Below are positions 10,990 through 22,012 of a stretch of DNA of 64,000 bases, piece by piece. The translations under genes and the position numbers were made by a program. Below the pieces are notes generated by a model that made no database searches, was not told the origin of the DNA, and saw nothing but the letters and a program-made list of their open reading frames with translations. Position 1 is the first letter of the stretch. Each line of letters starts with the position of its first letter. Source of the stretch: Octopus bimaculoides (taxonomy: Eukaryota); assembly GCF_001194135.2 (NCBI RefSeq), contig NC_068983.1, positions 3,638,333 to 3,702,332 of the forward strand, read 5' to 3'.

Positions 10990-11410
10990 TCCCTGGGACA
11001 AACCCAAATTGCATCTCGTCTAAACTAATTCTCTCCCTAATTCATTGGGCTATGGCTCCCTCCATGACTTTCATCATCTGATCCAACAATTCGATACCTC
11101 TGTAATTATTCCTATCTAATGTGTCACCTTTACCTTTGTAGCAGTTGACTAAGGTGCTGCTACACCAGTCATTGAGTATGACTCCTTCATGTATCACCTG
11201 ATTGACTATAAGGGTGACTAGACTATAGCCCTCACTGCCAGATATTTTAAGCATCTCAGCAGCGATTCCTGATGGGCTAGGGGCTTTCCCTGTCTTCATA
11301 CCCTTAATTGCGTTATCTGCCAAGGTACTGTCAATTTGGATAGTTGGTCCCTCTGTTGGGTCGACATTTGGCAGCCTCTCTTTCTCCCATTCATTCTCTT
11401 CATAAGGTAG
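10990..11410 (-). mobile_element. RTE-clade LINE fragment, pre-RT and RT N-terminal region (pseudogenised)
   Basis: AIKGMKTGKAPSPSGIAAEMLK...WCSSTLVNCYKGKGDTLDRNNYRGIELLDQMMKV...*IRERISLDEMQFGFVPGRS. Confidence 0.9.
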
Positions 11411-11705
11411 ATAAAACACAAGCTCCAGATGTATATTTACGTGGAGCACAAAATATAGATTATTAAATAAAGAAAACTCAGCTACCTAATTGTGGCCCCT
11501 GAGAACCTCCATTCTGGCCGCCACCACTTCAGCTGAGTTGAAAGTAACATTGTAATCCCAGAAAATCTACCCATTAACTTAGTAATAGCAGGGACATCAC
11601 TAATGCTCCTTAGAGTTAGCAACATTAACACTAGTAACTAGAGTGAAGAGAATACAATACATCATCCCCTTAACTCTTAAACTACTAGGCACGATTTAAA
11701 CCTAC

Positions 11706-11970
11706 ATTTGGATGGTGCTTTTTACGTGCTACCAGCAGAGGAGCCAGTCAGGCGGAGGGGGATGGCATCAACCACATTAGGATGGTGCTTTTTACGTGCC
11801 ACTGGCACGGGAAGCCAGTCAGGCGGCACTGGCAACAACCCATGCATGATATGTATAAATATGTAGACATACAGATTGGAGCTTGGTGTAGCCATCTGGT
11901 TCACCAGTCCTCAGTCAAATCGTCCAACCCATGCTAGCATGAAAAGCAGACGTTAAAAGATGATGATGAT
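11706..11970. mobile_element. Two RTE 3'-UTR fragments in opposite orientations (11706-11830 -, 11872-11970 + with (GAT)n tail)
   Basis: tggcacgtaaaaagcacc subrepeats and the ccaacccatgctagcatg...gttaaa(gat)n tail shared with the RTE copy at 62408-63110 and others. Confidence 0.8.
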
Positions 11971-12488
11971 ACAAGTGTATCTGGGTCCATGTGTTTCTTT
12001 TAGTTTCTGCTTCTCCACATACTGTAAGCTACAAGTAATGCAGTTGTTATTTCTCCTTCTAACACACCATCTACAAGGTTCTCACTGGAGATGTGTGAAA
12101 TAAGAGATCTTTTACTTGAAAAACAGGTAAAGGTCAACCACAGGAAGGGCCACCCATTGTAAAACAATACTTTAATAAGGTCTGACTCTCATCTCGCTTG
12201 GAAAAACGAACCAAGAAACGAAATACATACACACAAACACGTGTATGCATATTTCTCTATATGTAAAGATAGTTTTAAGCATGTGTTATTGATTCCTTCT
12301 GAAAAAATGAAACCGGCCAACAAATAAATAAATTATTGTACAGGGTGAGTCAAAAGTTGGCCTACATAAGAACAATTTATTTTTTTAATAAAAAACAGTT
12401 TTTTGTGTATGTATGTATATTTATCATATAGTTTGCATTAACACACACACACACACATACACACACATATATATACATGTGTGTGTGA

Positions 12489-12542
<54 letters not shown>

Positions 12543-12620
12543 ATATACAGATGATGATGATGACATGAATTTTTAAATACCTATATATATATATCAATGC
12601 AAAACTAATATATTTAGTTC

Positions 12621-13149
12621 GGATCTTTTCAATTTGACAGCCAGATTTTTTAATTAATTTTCGTTAACGAAACACTTCGAAATTTCGGATACTGGTAGAA
12701 TGTGTCACATAGAACAGGGTTTACTCTTAACATTTTTGACAAAACTTTATATTTTAGAAGTTATTTCGTGTTAAAGTTGTCGTATTTGGGTAATTTTAAC
12801 CAATCAATGATGTGTATTCAGCTGAAGAAAATTACTGCTGCTGTTTGCGAACAACTTGCGGGTCCACTCCCCTAACAAAACCTTTCTTTGATAACCAGAG
12901 ATATTTTTATAGCAGCATAGGTTTGCTGTATCAAGGTTGATTTGAGGCTAAAATAACAACAAAATTATTACTGAAACAGACTAATGATGGAGCCTATATG
13001 TGGTTGCATAACCTGCTAGAAAAAGTAACCAAACTTTTTTGTGTACAGAATAGGAAAACCCCTGATACATTCTATCAGTATCCGAAGTTTCAAACTGTTT
13101 AGTTTAAAAAAATCAATTAAAAAATCTGGCTGTCAAATTGAAAAGATCC
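12621..13149. mobile_element. MITE with perfect 35-bp TIRs and 8-bp TSD; same family as 649-904
   Basis: ggatcttttcaatttgacagccagattttttaatt (12621-12655) = reverse complement of 13115-13149; flanks tttagttc / tttagttt; shares subterminal aacgaaacact...ggata.tggtagaatgtgtca with the 649 copy. Confidence 0.85.
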
Positions 13150-13678
13150 TTTAGTTTTCATTGAACACTAGTTCAGAATTTGGATGCTAGCATCCCTTGA
13201 AGGATTATAGATCCTTGACACATTTATATATATACATACATGTGACCATCATCCATCTTTCTTTTCCTCACGTGATCATCTTTCTTTTCTTTCAGCCTGT
13301 CATACAGACCAGACGCATTCTTATCAAAGACAATATTTCTCTAGCGTTTGCTACCTTACCTCATCTGGCCTAACGACCCTCCATGTTTGTTTTCGTTTGG
13401 TTTCCTTGTATGTCTCCACTGTCCTGTTTTTGTTACCAACTTTGACCCTCTGCAAATCCCAAATTTTATTTTGGTTCGCGGGAGAAACTACCTTTCAAAG
13501 CCACATATTGTCGTTAATTGCTCGAAATGTGGAGTAGATGAACAGCCGACAACTGATGAAGGGTCGTTATTTATGTTACTTGTCTTGTTTTCCATTTGTT
13601 TCTCTCATTGTTCGCATACCCAAGTTTGCCTTCGTATTTCATGTTGTTTACATTTTGTGACGTCCTGTACCCATATAA

Positions 13679-13729
<51 letters not shown>

Positions 13730-13832
13730 TATGTAAGTATGTACATATATGTATGTATATATGCATATATATATATATATATATCATTTATATTATTATA
13801 TTATTGAATGCCATGCATCCATTTCCAAGCAA

Positions 13833-13871
<39 letters not shown>

Positions 13872-14339
13872 TGTATGCATGTATATGTATATGTGAGTGC
13901 ATATTCAAAGAGAAGTGTGTGTGCGTGCACACAGTTTTTACTTCGATGGTTACAACTTTTGATGGTTCTTCATCCGGTGGAGATCAGCACGGCTATGTCC
14001 TTAGATGAATCATGACACAGCTGAGCTGATCTCCAGATGAAATGCCTTGCACTTTCTAAAGAATCATTGAACCAAAAAACTATGATATCCAACCATTAAA
14101 CATATTGAACAGGTTTTGCGGTTTGCTGACGCTTTCGTTGTATGACTAAGGAGACATATATATAATTATATAGCTTTTATCTTTCTCATGTTTCAGATGA
14201 TTAAAACACAAACACCCCTTCATAGAGAGTATCAACAATAGAGGACACACTCGCATGAGTGACAAGAGAATCGCAATGTTGCCTACTTTTGTTCAACCTT
14301 CAATGTGGCCTCAAAATGAGAAAATTACAGAGGTGGTGG

Positions 14340-14490
14340 TATTTCTTTGCCACAAACATGCAAGATACCTCCATCACTGAAACAAAACTTCTCATCTGTT
14401 TATGGTCAGGAATTATGCTGGACTTAGATATAATGAAGGAAAGCTGCTTTGAGAAATCACTGAATGTAGTGGAAGAGAAAGGTAGAGTGC
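14340..14490 (+). mobile_element. Possible decayed Chapaev-type (CMC) transposase remnant
   Basis: TSITETKL...DIMKESCFEKSLNVVEEK resembles the recalled Chapaev motif PSLSEAKLKEG..GPQIRKL.KD..FE..L..VEK.AW. Confidence 0.35.
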
Positions 14491-15313
14491 AGGTCTTCAT
14501 GCTCTGATGGTAGGGTTTTCTTTGTCAAAAATCCAGTTTTTATGTAGATAGGGTGATAAACCTTTAACTTCATCTAGAATTTAGGCCCACTGGGAGACTC
14601 AGTTTCCTTTAGCTGGCCTGCCAATGTTGTTGATTGCACATATCACTGCATACAGATTGTTTCTGGAGTCAGAGATGAAGGCTCGTTGCCAGTTAGAGGA
14701 GCTGGCATGATAAGGAATTGGCACAGGCTTCTACCAAATGTATTGTCTCATTTTAACACTCCATGCCCCCTAAGTATGTCATATGTGTGTGTGTGTGTGC
14801 AAGAGAGGGAGACAGAGGAAGAGAGAGAATGTAATGAACAAAGATGAAGAAAAAGACAGCGCAGGGATAAGTTTTAACAAATAATATACGTGTTTAACTT
14901 AAAAAGGAAGGTAAGAGGAATGTAGAGGGTGAGATAGATGTGTATGTAATGATATGCGTGTAAGATGTTATGTGGAAGAGAATTATGAACAAGAGAGGAA
15001 AAAGAAAAAGAATTCAAGGAGAGAAGAATAAGAGAATAACTGGAGAAAGAAAAATTACAACACTAATGCATAAAAAGTAAATATAATTTGTCAAGTACCT
15101 GAAATCCAATGGGTAGTTGTTACATTGTGTACAATTACAGTTGGTAGAAGCTGTAGGTTTACTTGGACAAGTTAGATGAGGCAAATGTGACTGAAGAGGG
15201 ATGTAGTAGAGTATGATATTTTAACTGTATAAACCACAAGTTGGATATTTTTATATGTGAATGCATTTGTATATGTATGAGTACATATACATGTAACAAC
15301 CAAAATTATTACC

Positions 15314-15495
15314 AACTGCCTATTGAGAAAAGTTTATCTATCAAAAGCTGTGGACTATAGTCACGCTCACACCATCTGATGGTATCACAAGACATTACGT
15401 AGGAATGACAGCTAGTAACTTATAAGGGAGATACTAGCAACATACGCACTCCTTTAGGTGCAAGGACAGGGAAATTTCCTCCTTATCTGGAGATT
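15314..15495 (+). mobile_element. Decayed PLE GIY-YIG endonuclease fragment
   Basis: NCLLRKV...TLTPSDGITRHYVGMTASNL*GRY*QHTHSFRCKDREISSLS fits C...VIY...YIGMT..F..RY..H..SF......LS; contains stops and a frameshift. Confidence 0.6.
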
Positions 15496-15617
15496 GCAGG
15501 ACCATTGAAAGAATTTCCTCAACATCATATGGAGCATTTATACTACAGAGTCAGAGGCGGTTTCAGGTGGGTTGGTATCAAAAGGGTTAAGAATTGTTTC
15601 TCTATCATATATTTCAA

Positions 15618-15838
15618 CCCTTTTGTTACCATATTTCTATTGAGATGCTCTCTGTTTCTTTCAATTACTTTAAATATAACAAAGAATTTAGTAAAATAAC
15701 TTAGTTATCATTCAGCTAGTGTTAGGAGCATAAATTGTGACTAAGGTTTGGTGGAAGATTTTAATTCAGAACTTATGAAAACAAGACATTTGTACCACAG
15801 AGTCAAAGCTGGTTTCAGCCAGGTTGGTAACGAAAGGG
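15618..15838. mobile_element. piggyBac-type MITE with a TCAA target duplication
   Basis: TIRs cccttttgttacca / tggtaacgaaaggg (13/14); TCAA on both sides; a second right end (aaagggTTAA) at 15581-15590. Confidence 0.7.
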
Positions 15839-16257
15839 TCAAAGAAGTACAAAAACCATAATTTACAATCATTTTATCACAAAATGCAGTGAAATATTTA
15901 CTTTTCTTTGATGATGGCCAAATCCATGTAAACTTCTCAAAACATCTTTCGATGGTGTCCACAGGTGAAACAAAGCAAGATATGATTCAATGACTTTCAT
16001 CCATTTTACCATAGAATTGTATAATTTGATTTAAAAACACAACAAACAGAGAAAATAACAACAAATGAACTTAAAGTAAAAAACAATTTAGATGATAAAT
16101 AAGGACTCGTTTTAAAATAAATGGTCCAATGTTAGTTTTAGTAATTTGGTGCTGGAAACGGTGCTTTTTGATTAAAATATGATCTCAGATTCTGGGGTCA
16201 CCTCATTCATTCATTCATTTATTTATTTACACACATCCATTCGTATGTACTTATTTA

Positions 16258-16543
16258 CAGGGGTTCTCTGGACCCCTTTTATTATTATTTTATTCTGGTG
16301 GACCCCCATAGCCACTCGGTGTTTAAAAACTAGTTTTATAGGAACTTCTTTCAAAATTCCTATTTTGTTTTTCCCCCATTCCCTTGTGTAGGTTGAACAA
16401 TGTAAAAGAGAAAGAAACCTAATTGTTTTTCTTGCAATACACACCAATACGAGATACATCTAAGACAAAATTTCTTCAGGGGCCCTTAAAATACTATTGT
16501 GGATCCCCAGATCTCTTATATGGACCCTGGTTGAGAACCACTG
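16258..16543. mobile_element. hAT-like MITE (caggggttctc ... gagaaccactg)
   Basis: 10/11 terminal inverted match; no matching TSD found. Confidence 0.4.
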
Positions 16544-17984
16544 ATATAAACCATCATCATTTTACATCCGCTTTCCATGCTAGCATGGGTTGGACAGCAA
16601 GATAAGCTGTGGGGCAGCATTGAGCTCCACTGTCATCCTTGGCCTAGCTTCTATGGCTGGACGCGCTTCCTACCATCAGCCACTTTGCAAGGTGTATATT
16701 GGGTGCATTCTACATACCAGTGGCACTAATGGGAAAAGAACAGAGAGAAAGGAAAGGGAAAATGCTCCCACTACAAAGAGGAAGTATCAGGAAGAAGAAG
16801 GTGGAGGTAAGTGGCTTCATTGCAGGTGTTGAAAGACGAGAGTTTGAATGAAAGGCAAGCACAGGTATGCTGCTATAAAAGAGATACATGGCTAAAGGAG
16901 ATCAAAAGAAGGTAAGTGATGGGATGCGAGAGAAAATTCTCAAGGTACAAAAAGATATCATTCGACTACCATAATCAGTTGAAAGAAGAATCGGCACATT
17001 ACATCTGCTCCTTGGAATCACCTTCATTCTTCATTATCATCCCAGCCCACACTATTTCTATCAATCACCGTCTCTTCTGCCTTCAGTCATTGCTCTCCTT
17101 TCTTACCTGCCATCACTCTCAATGCCCTCCCATATCTATAACCCCACACCCACTTGCTATAGCCCCTTGAACCACTCCTATATCTCTCACCATGCATCTC
17201 TTCCCCCATCTTTTTCTCTCTCTATCCCCCACTGTATCCTGAGATGCTCCAACACCCCACCACTGCTTCTTCTCTCTGCTGTCCTCCTCTCCCACCACTC
17301 AGCCTCATATCTCTGTCACAGATCACCTGCGATTGTTCTTCCACCACAGCCCAGCCTCTCAACCATCAACCCATCCTCAAATATTAACCAGCTGTAGAAA
17401 ACCACACCGAATCAGACTGGAGTCTAGTGCAGCCTTCCAGCATGACAGCTCAGTCAAACTGTCCAACCCATGCCAGCATGGACAACGGACGTTAAATGAT
17501 GATGATGATGACACACATACATACATACACACATACATACATGATGATGATAACACACATATATACATACACGCTGGCACATTTTGGTTAAATGGTCAAG
17601 AAGTCTGCCCATCCCAATGTCCTAGGATCAATTCCACCCTATGGCATTTTGGGTTTCCATCTGTTTCGGTAGCATCTGTCGATTGGTCATCATGTACCTT
17701 GTGAATGAAATTAGGTACACAAAAACCTATCAGATAGATTTCTATCTGTACTTTCAAGGTACGGCCTTGTCACAATACCACCTTGTTAAGGTGATTCTGG
17801 CTGAGAATTATGTTCAGGGTACTTGTGACTGAGGTACACTCAGCCACTTAAAAGTTAATCCAATAAGCAGTTAGAACAGTTGATCAAATGACTAAAACCT
17901 TATTGCTGAAAGTGATGGAGATCCATGCAAGTATTTGTGTTTCTATGTGTGAATGATAGACGCTTCATTTTTCACACAGAGAAC

Positions 17985-18800
17985 TCAGCAATATTCCTTC
18001 ACATCAATGGAATATAAAACAATGTCTCCAACTTTGAGTGTCTCCTTCCACCCGTCTTCAGTTTTTGTGTGATGTACAAATGGGTAGAAACCAGTCAGCG
18101 CTTGACAGGGGATGACTCTGTAAGAGTTCTTTGGGAGAATCACTTCATGTTTATGAGACATTGAACGAGATTTGCAGCTCTGTATGTGATACGTACTTAG
18201 CATATGCAGTGGATTGCATGGTGCAGACAACTGCATTGAAGAAAATAGTCGTCGCTGCAAGGGAAATACCTTATCTTTCCGAAAAGTGAATTCTTTTGAT
18301 AAATAAGAAATATCATCCCAGATATGTGTTTCGTTCTCGTTGAAAAAGAAAATGTCAACATATGGCCATCCAAATGGAAGATTAGGAAGTGTCTTTAAAG
18401 CCATATCTTTACGATAATATTTCCATGCAAAATCCTGAAAGTTTGGTACATACAAAGCAAAAGAATCATCGTATTTAGCCACAAATCGCTTCACAGCATT
18501 TCTAAGAGAAGCGTTGATAAGTATATCAAAGTCATCATCCCATGGTATAAGATCGTGATGACGATAAGAGCCCAGCAGAGTTCCACTGTATATCATGTAT
18601 GGGATATTAGCACTGTCCAAAGCTCTGATAAATGCTCGGGCTGTTACCATCAACAGCTTCCGTTCCTCTTCTGTAATTGGACTTTGGAATTGTCTATCGA
18701 TATGTTGAGTGGATTTATAATACAACGACATACAGGTGTAAATGATAATAAGAACAAGAATGTGCAGAGAATAACAGAAAACCATTTTATGTGTTACCAT
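17985..18800 (-). CDS. LicD/fukutin-family phosphotransferase, predicted type II membrane protein, paralog 2, 271 aa
   Basis: SGTLLGSYRHHDLIPWDDDFDI and WPYVDIFFF motifs; N-terminal hydrophobic segment LHILVLIIIYTCMSLYY; co-linear with 5629-6459. Confidence 0.92.
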   Translation of the reverse strand: MVTHKMVFCYSLHILVLIIIYTCMSLYYKSTQHIDRQFQSPITEEERKLLMVTARAFIRALDSANIPYMIYSGTLLGSYRHHDLIPWDDDFDILINASLRNAVKRFVAKYDDSFALYVPNFQDFAWKYYRKDMALKTLPNLPFGWPYVDIFFFNENETHIWDDISYLSKEFTFRKDKVFPLQRRLFSSMQLSAPCNPLHMLSTYHIQSCKSRSMSHKHEVILPKNSYRVIPCQALTGFYPFVHHTKTEDGWKETLKVGDIVLYSIDVKEYC

Positions 18801-19285
18801 CTTTGGATAATGTTTAAGTGCACATTAACTATAAATGAAGGCTGTGCTAGTAGAGAATCTCACAGAGGTTCCAGTTCAAAGGTAAAGAATATTAACTATA
18901 AAAACCAACAGTTACCTTTGCAGATAATCTTGTTGTTACTGCTGTTGTCATATTGATCATAGGTTCTTGGGAATAGTGATGGGAAATATTTGACAGATCT
19001 TTTTGGTGCCATGTAAAAACTGCAAAACTATTGCAGATTACCTCTTTGAAATAAGTTTATATTATAAGGATAAGCAGATTTTCAGTCGGGTATATTTAGG
19101 TTTGAGAATGAAAAGAGAATATATTTGTGCTTTGGCCTAAAAACAGAGATTCTTTTCAATGGAATTCAATTTCTGAAAAGTGATATATCGTCTCCAAGAC
19201 AACAGATCATCTTCTGTTTCAGTGGTAGGCTGCTGGTTTCATTCATTTCACATCATAACTGCCAGAGAATTCTACCAACTGTAAT

Positions 19286-19304
19286 CTGTTAAAATAAACA
19301 AAAA
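19286..19304 (-). promoter_or_regulatory. Candidate 3' splice acceptor (ttttgtttattttaacAG) upstream of the LicD2 CDS
   Basis: Pyrimidine tract plus AG on the minus strand about 485 nt before the ATG; usage inferred. Confidence 0.35.
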
Positions 19305-20188
19305 CATAATTACAAAAATTAAATATATAAAAATATTGTTTATTGAGGCATAATAAATGCCAACTATAATTAACATACTGATGAGCTGAAATAATAACAA
19401 AATATCAATATACACCATTCTTGTTTACCTCTGCAACAATTCATTTCAACTGGTTTCGAGTTATCTTTCATCTTTTCTATCTTTTACTTGTTCCAGTCAT
19501 TAGACTGTGGCCATGCTGGGGCACTCCCTTGAAGAACTTTTAGTCACAATTGACTCCAGGACTCATTTTTTAAAAGCCTGGTATTATCAGTCACTTTTGC
19601 CAAACTGCTAAGTTACACAGTGTTTTTTTTTTTAGCACTTTATGTCTTAAAAAGACTTTCCATGGATAAAAATACCACAGCCTGAAAGCGTTTATACAAA
19701 ACCACATACATTAACTGTTTAGCATTCAGATTTCTGTGTGAAATGTTTTGTTAATTCATTCAAAATGATTTTAATTATTTATGCCTTTACCTTGTAGCTT
19801 TAAGATCTCAATGACACAATAATTTATTTTTAGAATATTCAGTCGTTCATTCCTTCGGTTCTCATTGTGCTTTGTGGCACCTGAGGTAACAGCAAAATCA
19901 TCCCACCTTCCAACACCGAAAGCATCCTTGACAGCTTGTTCCATTGTTAACCCTCTCTGCTTTTAAGATCTTTTGTTATGGTTCTCCACCACGTTTCCTT
20001 TGGTTGGCCACGTCTTCTTTTACTTCATGGATCCCATTGCAAAGCGATCCTGACAATTCAGTTCGGTTTTTAGCAACAAACTCGACCCAGCCATTTCCAT
20101 CTCCTTCCTTCAATAGTTTCTCTTATTGGTTTCACATCAGCCTTAGTAAGTAATCAGCTATTTGAGATCATATTTGGCCATATTCACG

Positions 20189-20720
20189 GAGGCAAAGTGG
20201 CTGAGTTCCTTTCGAGTGTTGGGCCTCAGGGAGGCAAAGTGGCTGAGTTTCTTCCAAGCGTTGGGCCTCACAGAGGCAATGACCGAGACCTTTGGCATTA
20301 TGTCATGCTTGAGAAGAAAACCCATCAAGCCTAGCGAAGTCACAGTCGTGGCAGATACTGGTGTCACGCAAATGGCACGCATGCTGGTGGCACATAAAGG
20401 CACCCATTACACTCTCAGAGTGCTGAATCAGATTGGAGTCTGGTGCAGCATTCCTGCTTGCCAGCCCTGGTCAAACCGTCCAACCCATTCCAGCATGGAC
20501 AACGGACATTAAATGATGATGATTTAACACCTGTTTTTCATGCTGGCATAGAGCTGCATAGTGTGACATTTGCTGGGAAGACCAGGAGTCACACCAGGTT
20601 CCATTGTCTGTTCTGGTATGGTTTCTATGGCAGGACACCCTTCATAACATCAACCACTTTACAGAATATTGTACTGGGTGCTTTTTCCATGGCACCACCA
20701 CCAACAAGGTCACCAAGTAA
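20189..20720. mobile_element. Tail-to-tail pair of RTE 3' ends (+ copy 20189-20523 with a 42-bp tandem duplication of the ORF C-terminus; - copy about 20524-20720)
   Basis: LGLTEAMT..LWHYVMLEK-like C-terminus, then ccaacccattccagcatggacaacggacattaaatgatgatgat abutting an inverted copy. Confidence 0.75.
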
Positions 20721-20820
20721 CTTGCAAGGCAAAGATCCCATTCAGCTGATATATATATTATCATCATCATCATCATCATCATCACTGTAGCAAGTTAAAG
20801 ACCCCATTCAGCTTATTCAT

Positions 20821-21134
20821 GTGGCACTAGCACCAGTACATTTTATGTGACACATTTTACGTGGCACTTAACATGTAGCATTATCACCAGTGTTTTTCAT
20901 GTGGTACCAGCACCAGTACATTTTATGTGGCACATTTTACATGGAACTTAATATGTAGCATTATCACCAGTGTTTTTCATGTAGCACCAGCACCAGTACA
21001 TTTTATGTGGCACATTTTACATGGCACTTAACGTGTAGCATTATCACCAGTGTTTTTCATGTAGCACCAGTACATTTTATGTGGCACATTTTACGTGGAA
21101 CTTAACATGTGGCATCATCACCAGTGTTTTTCAT
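20821..21134. repeat. Minisatellite, 4 copies of an 80-bp unit (last copy 74 bp)
   Basis: Units start at 20821, 20901, 20981 and 21061; high mutual identity. Confidence 0.95.
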
Positions 21135-21677
21135 ATGGCACCAGCATCATCGAGTATCTTGCAAGATAAGAACCTCTCAACAGGGAGCAGAGAGTAATAT
21201 GAGTGGGGGTTAGAGCTTTGAGGTATCGAAGGGGCAGATGTAGGTGCCTTGCTGTAGGGCGGGTACATGGGTACCCCAGTTAGAAAACAAAGGCAAAGGA
21301 GTTGGAGAGTAAGACAAGAGATGATGGCGGAGGATGTGTTGCAGACATGTTCCTGAGGGACATGGGGGGGGTAGTGAGAATAGGTGAGGTGATATAAGGG
21401 TTTGGGCCAGGTGAGTGGGAAGGATGAGGTGAGTGTAGCAAACAAGTATTTTTTTGTTTAGGTCTTGGATTGATAAAAGAAGAATGCAAAATATTGAGTG
21501 TTGTCATGTAGCATGAATTTGAGAGGCATTGATCTTCAGTGAATGGAAGACAGAGAGAGCCACATGATTGATTTGGTGGTGGAAAGGAATGTTGGGGAAT
21601 TGATTTGAAATAAAATGGTATTTGAAACAGGTTCACTAACAGGGAGTTAGTCAGAAAATGTTCTGGATATATTGAGT

Positions 21678-22012
21678 GCGAGAGGGGGGAGGTAGGGGAG
21701 AGGGGGAGGGGAGAGAGGGGGAGAGAGATAGGGGAGAGTGAGAGAGAGAGGAGGGAGAAAGGGGGAGGTAAGGGAGAGTGAGAGAAAATGAGAGAGGGAA
21801 AGGGGAAAACAAGAAGGGAGTGAGAGAGAAGGGGAGAAAGAGGAAATTGGAGAAAGGGCAGATGTTCTCAGCACAGCTTGTAATAAAGGAAACAGAGGAA
21901 GAAGGGGGAGGGAGGAGGGAGAAATTGAGAGTGAGTGAGAGGGGGAGAGATAGTGCAACAACGTGAGTGATAAAGGGAGTGACTGAGAGAGAGAAAGAGA
22001 GGGTGGGGGTGG
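21678..22012 (+). repeat. Polypurine (G/A) low-complexity tract with multiple G4-5 runs
   Basis: Directly visible. Confidence 0.85.

Noticed and set aside
13545-13570. CTGATGA/CTGAAGA cores in the related repeats at 13250-13670 and 49480-49850
   Set aside because: No downstream stem II plus GAAA, and no consistent permuted fold
20821-21134. CRISPR array
   Set aside because: Units are contiguous near-identical 80-mers with no unique spacers; eukaryotic context; no cas genes
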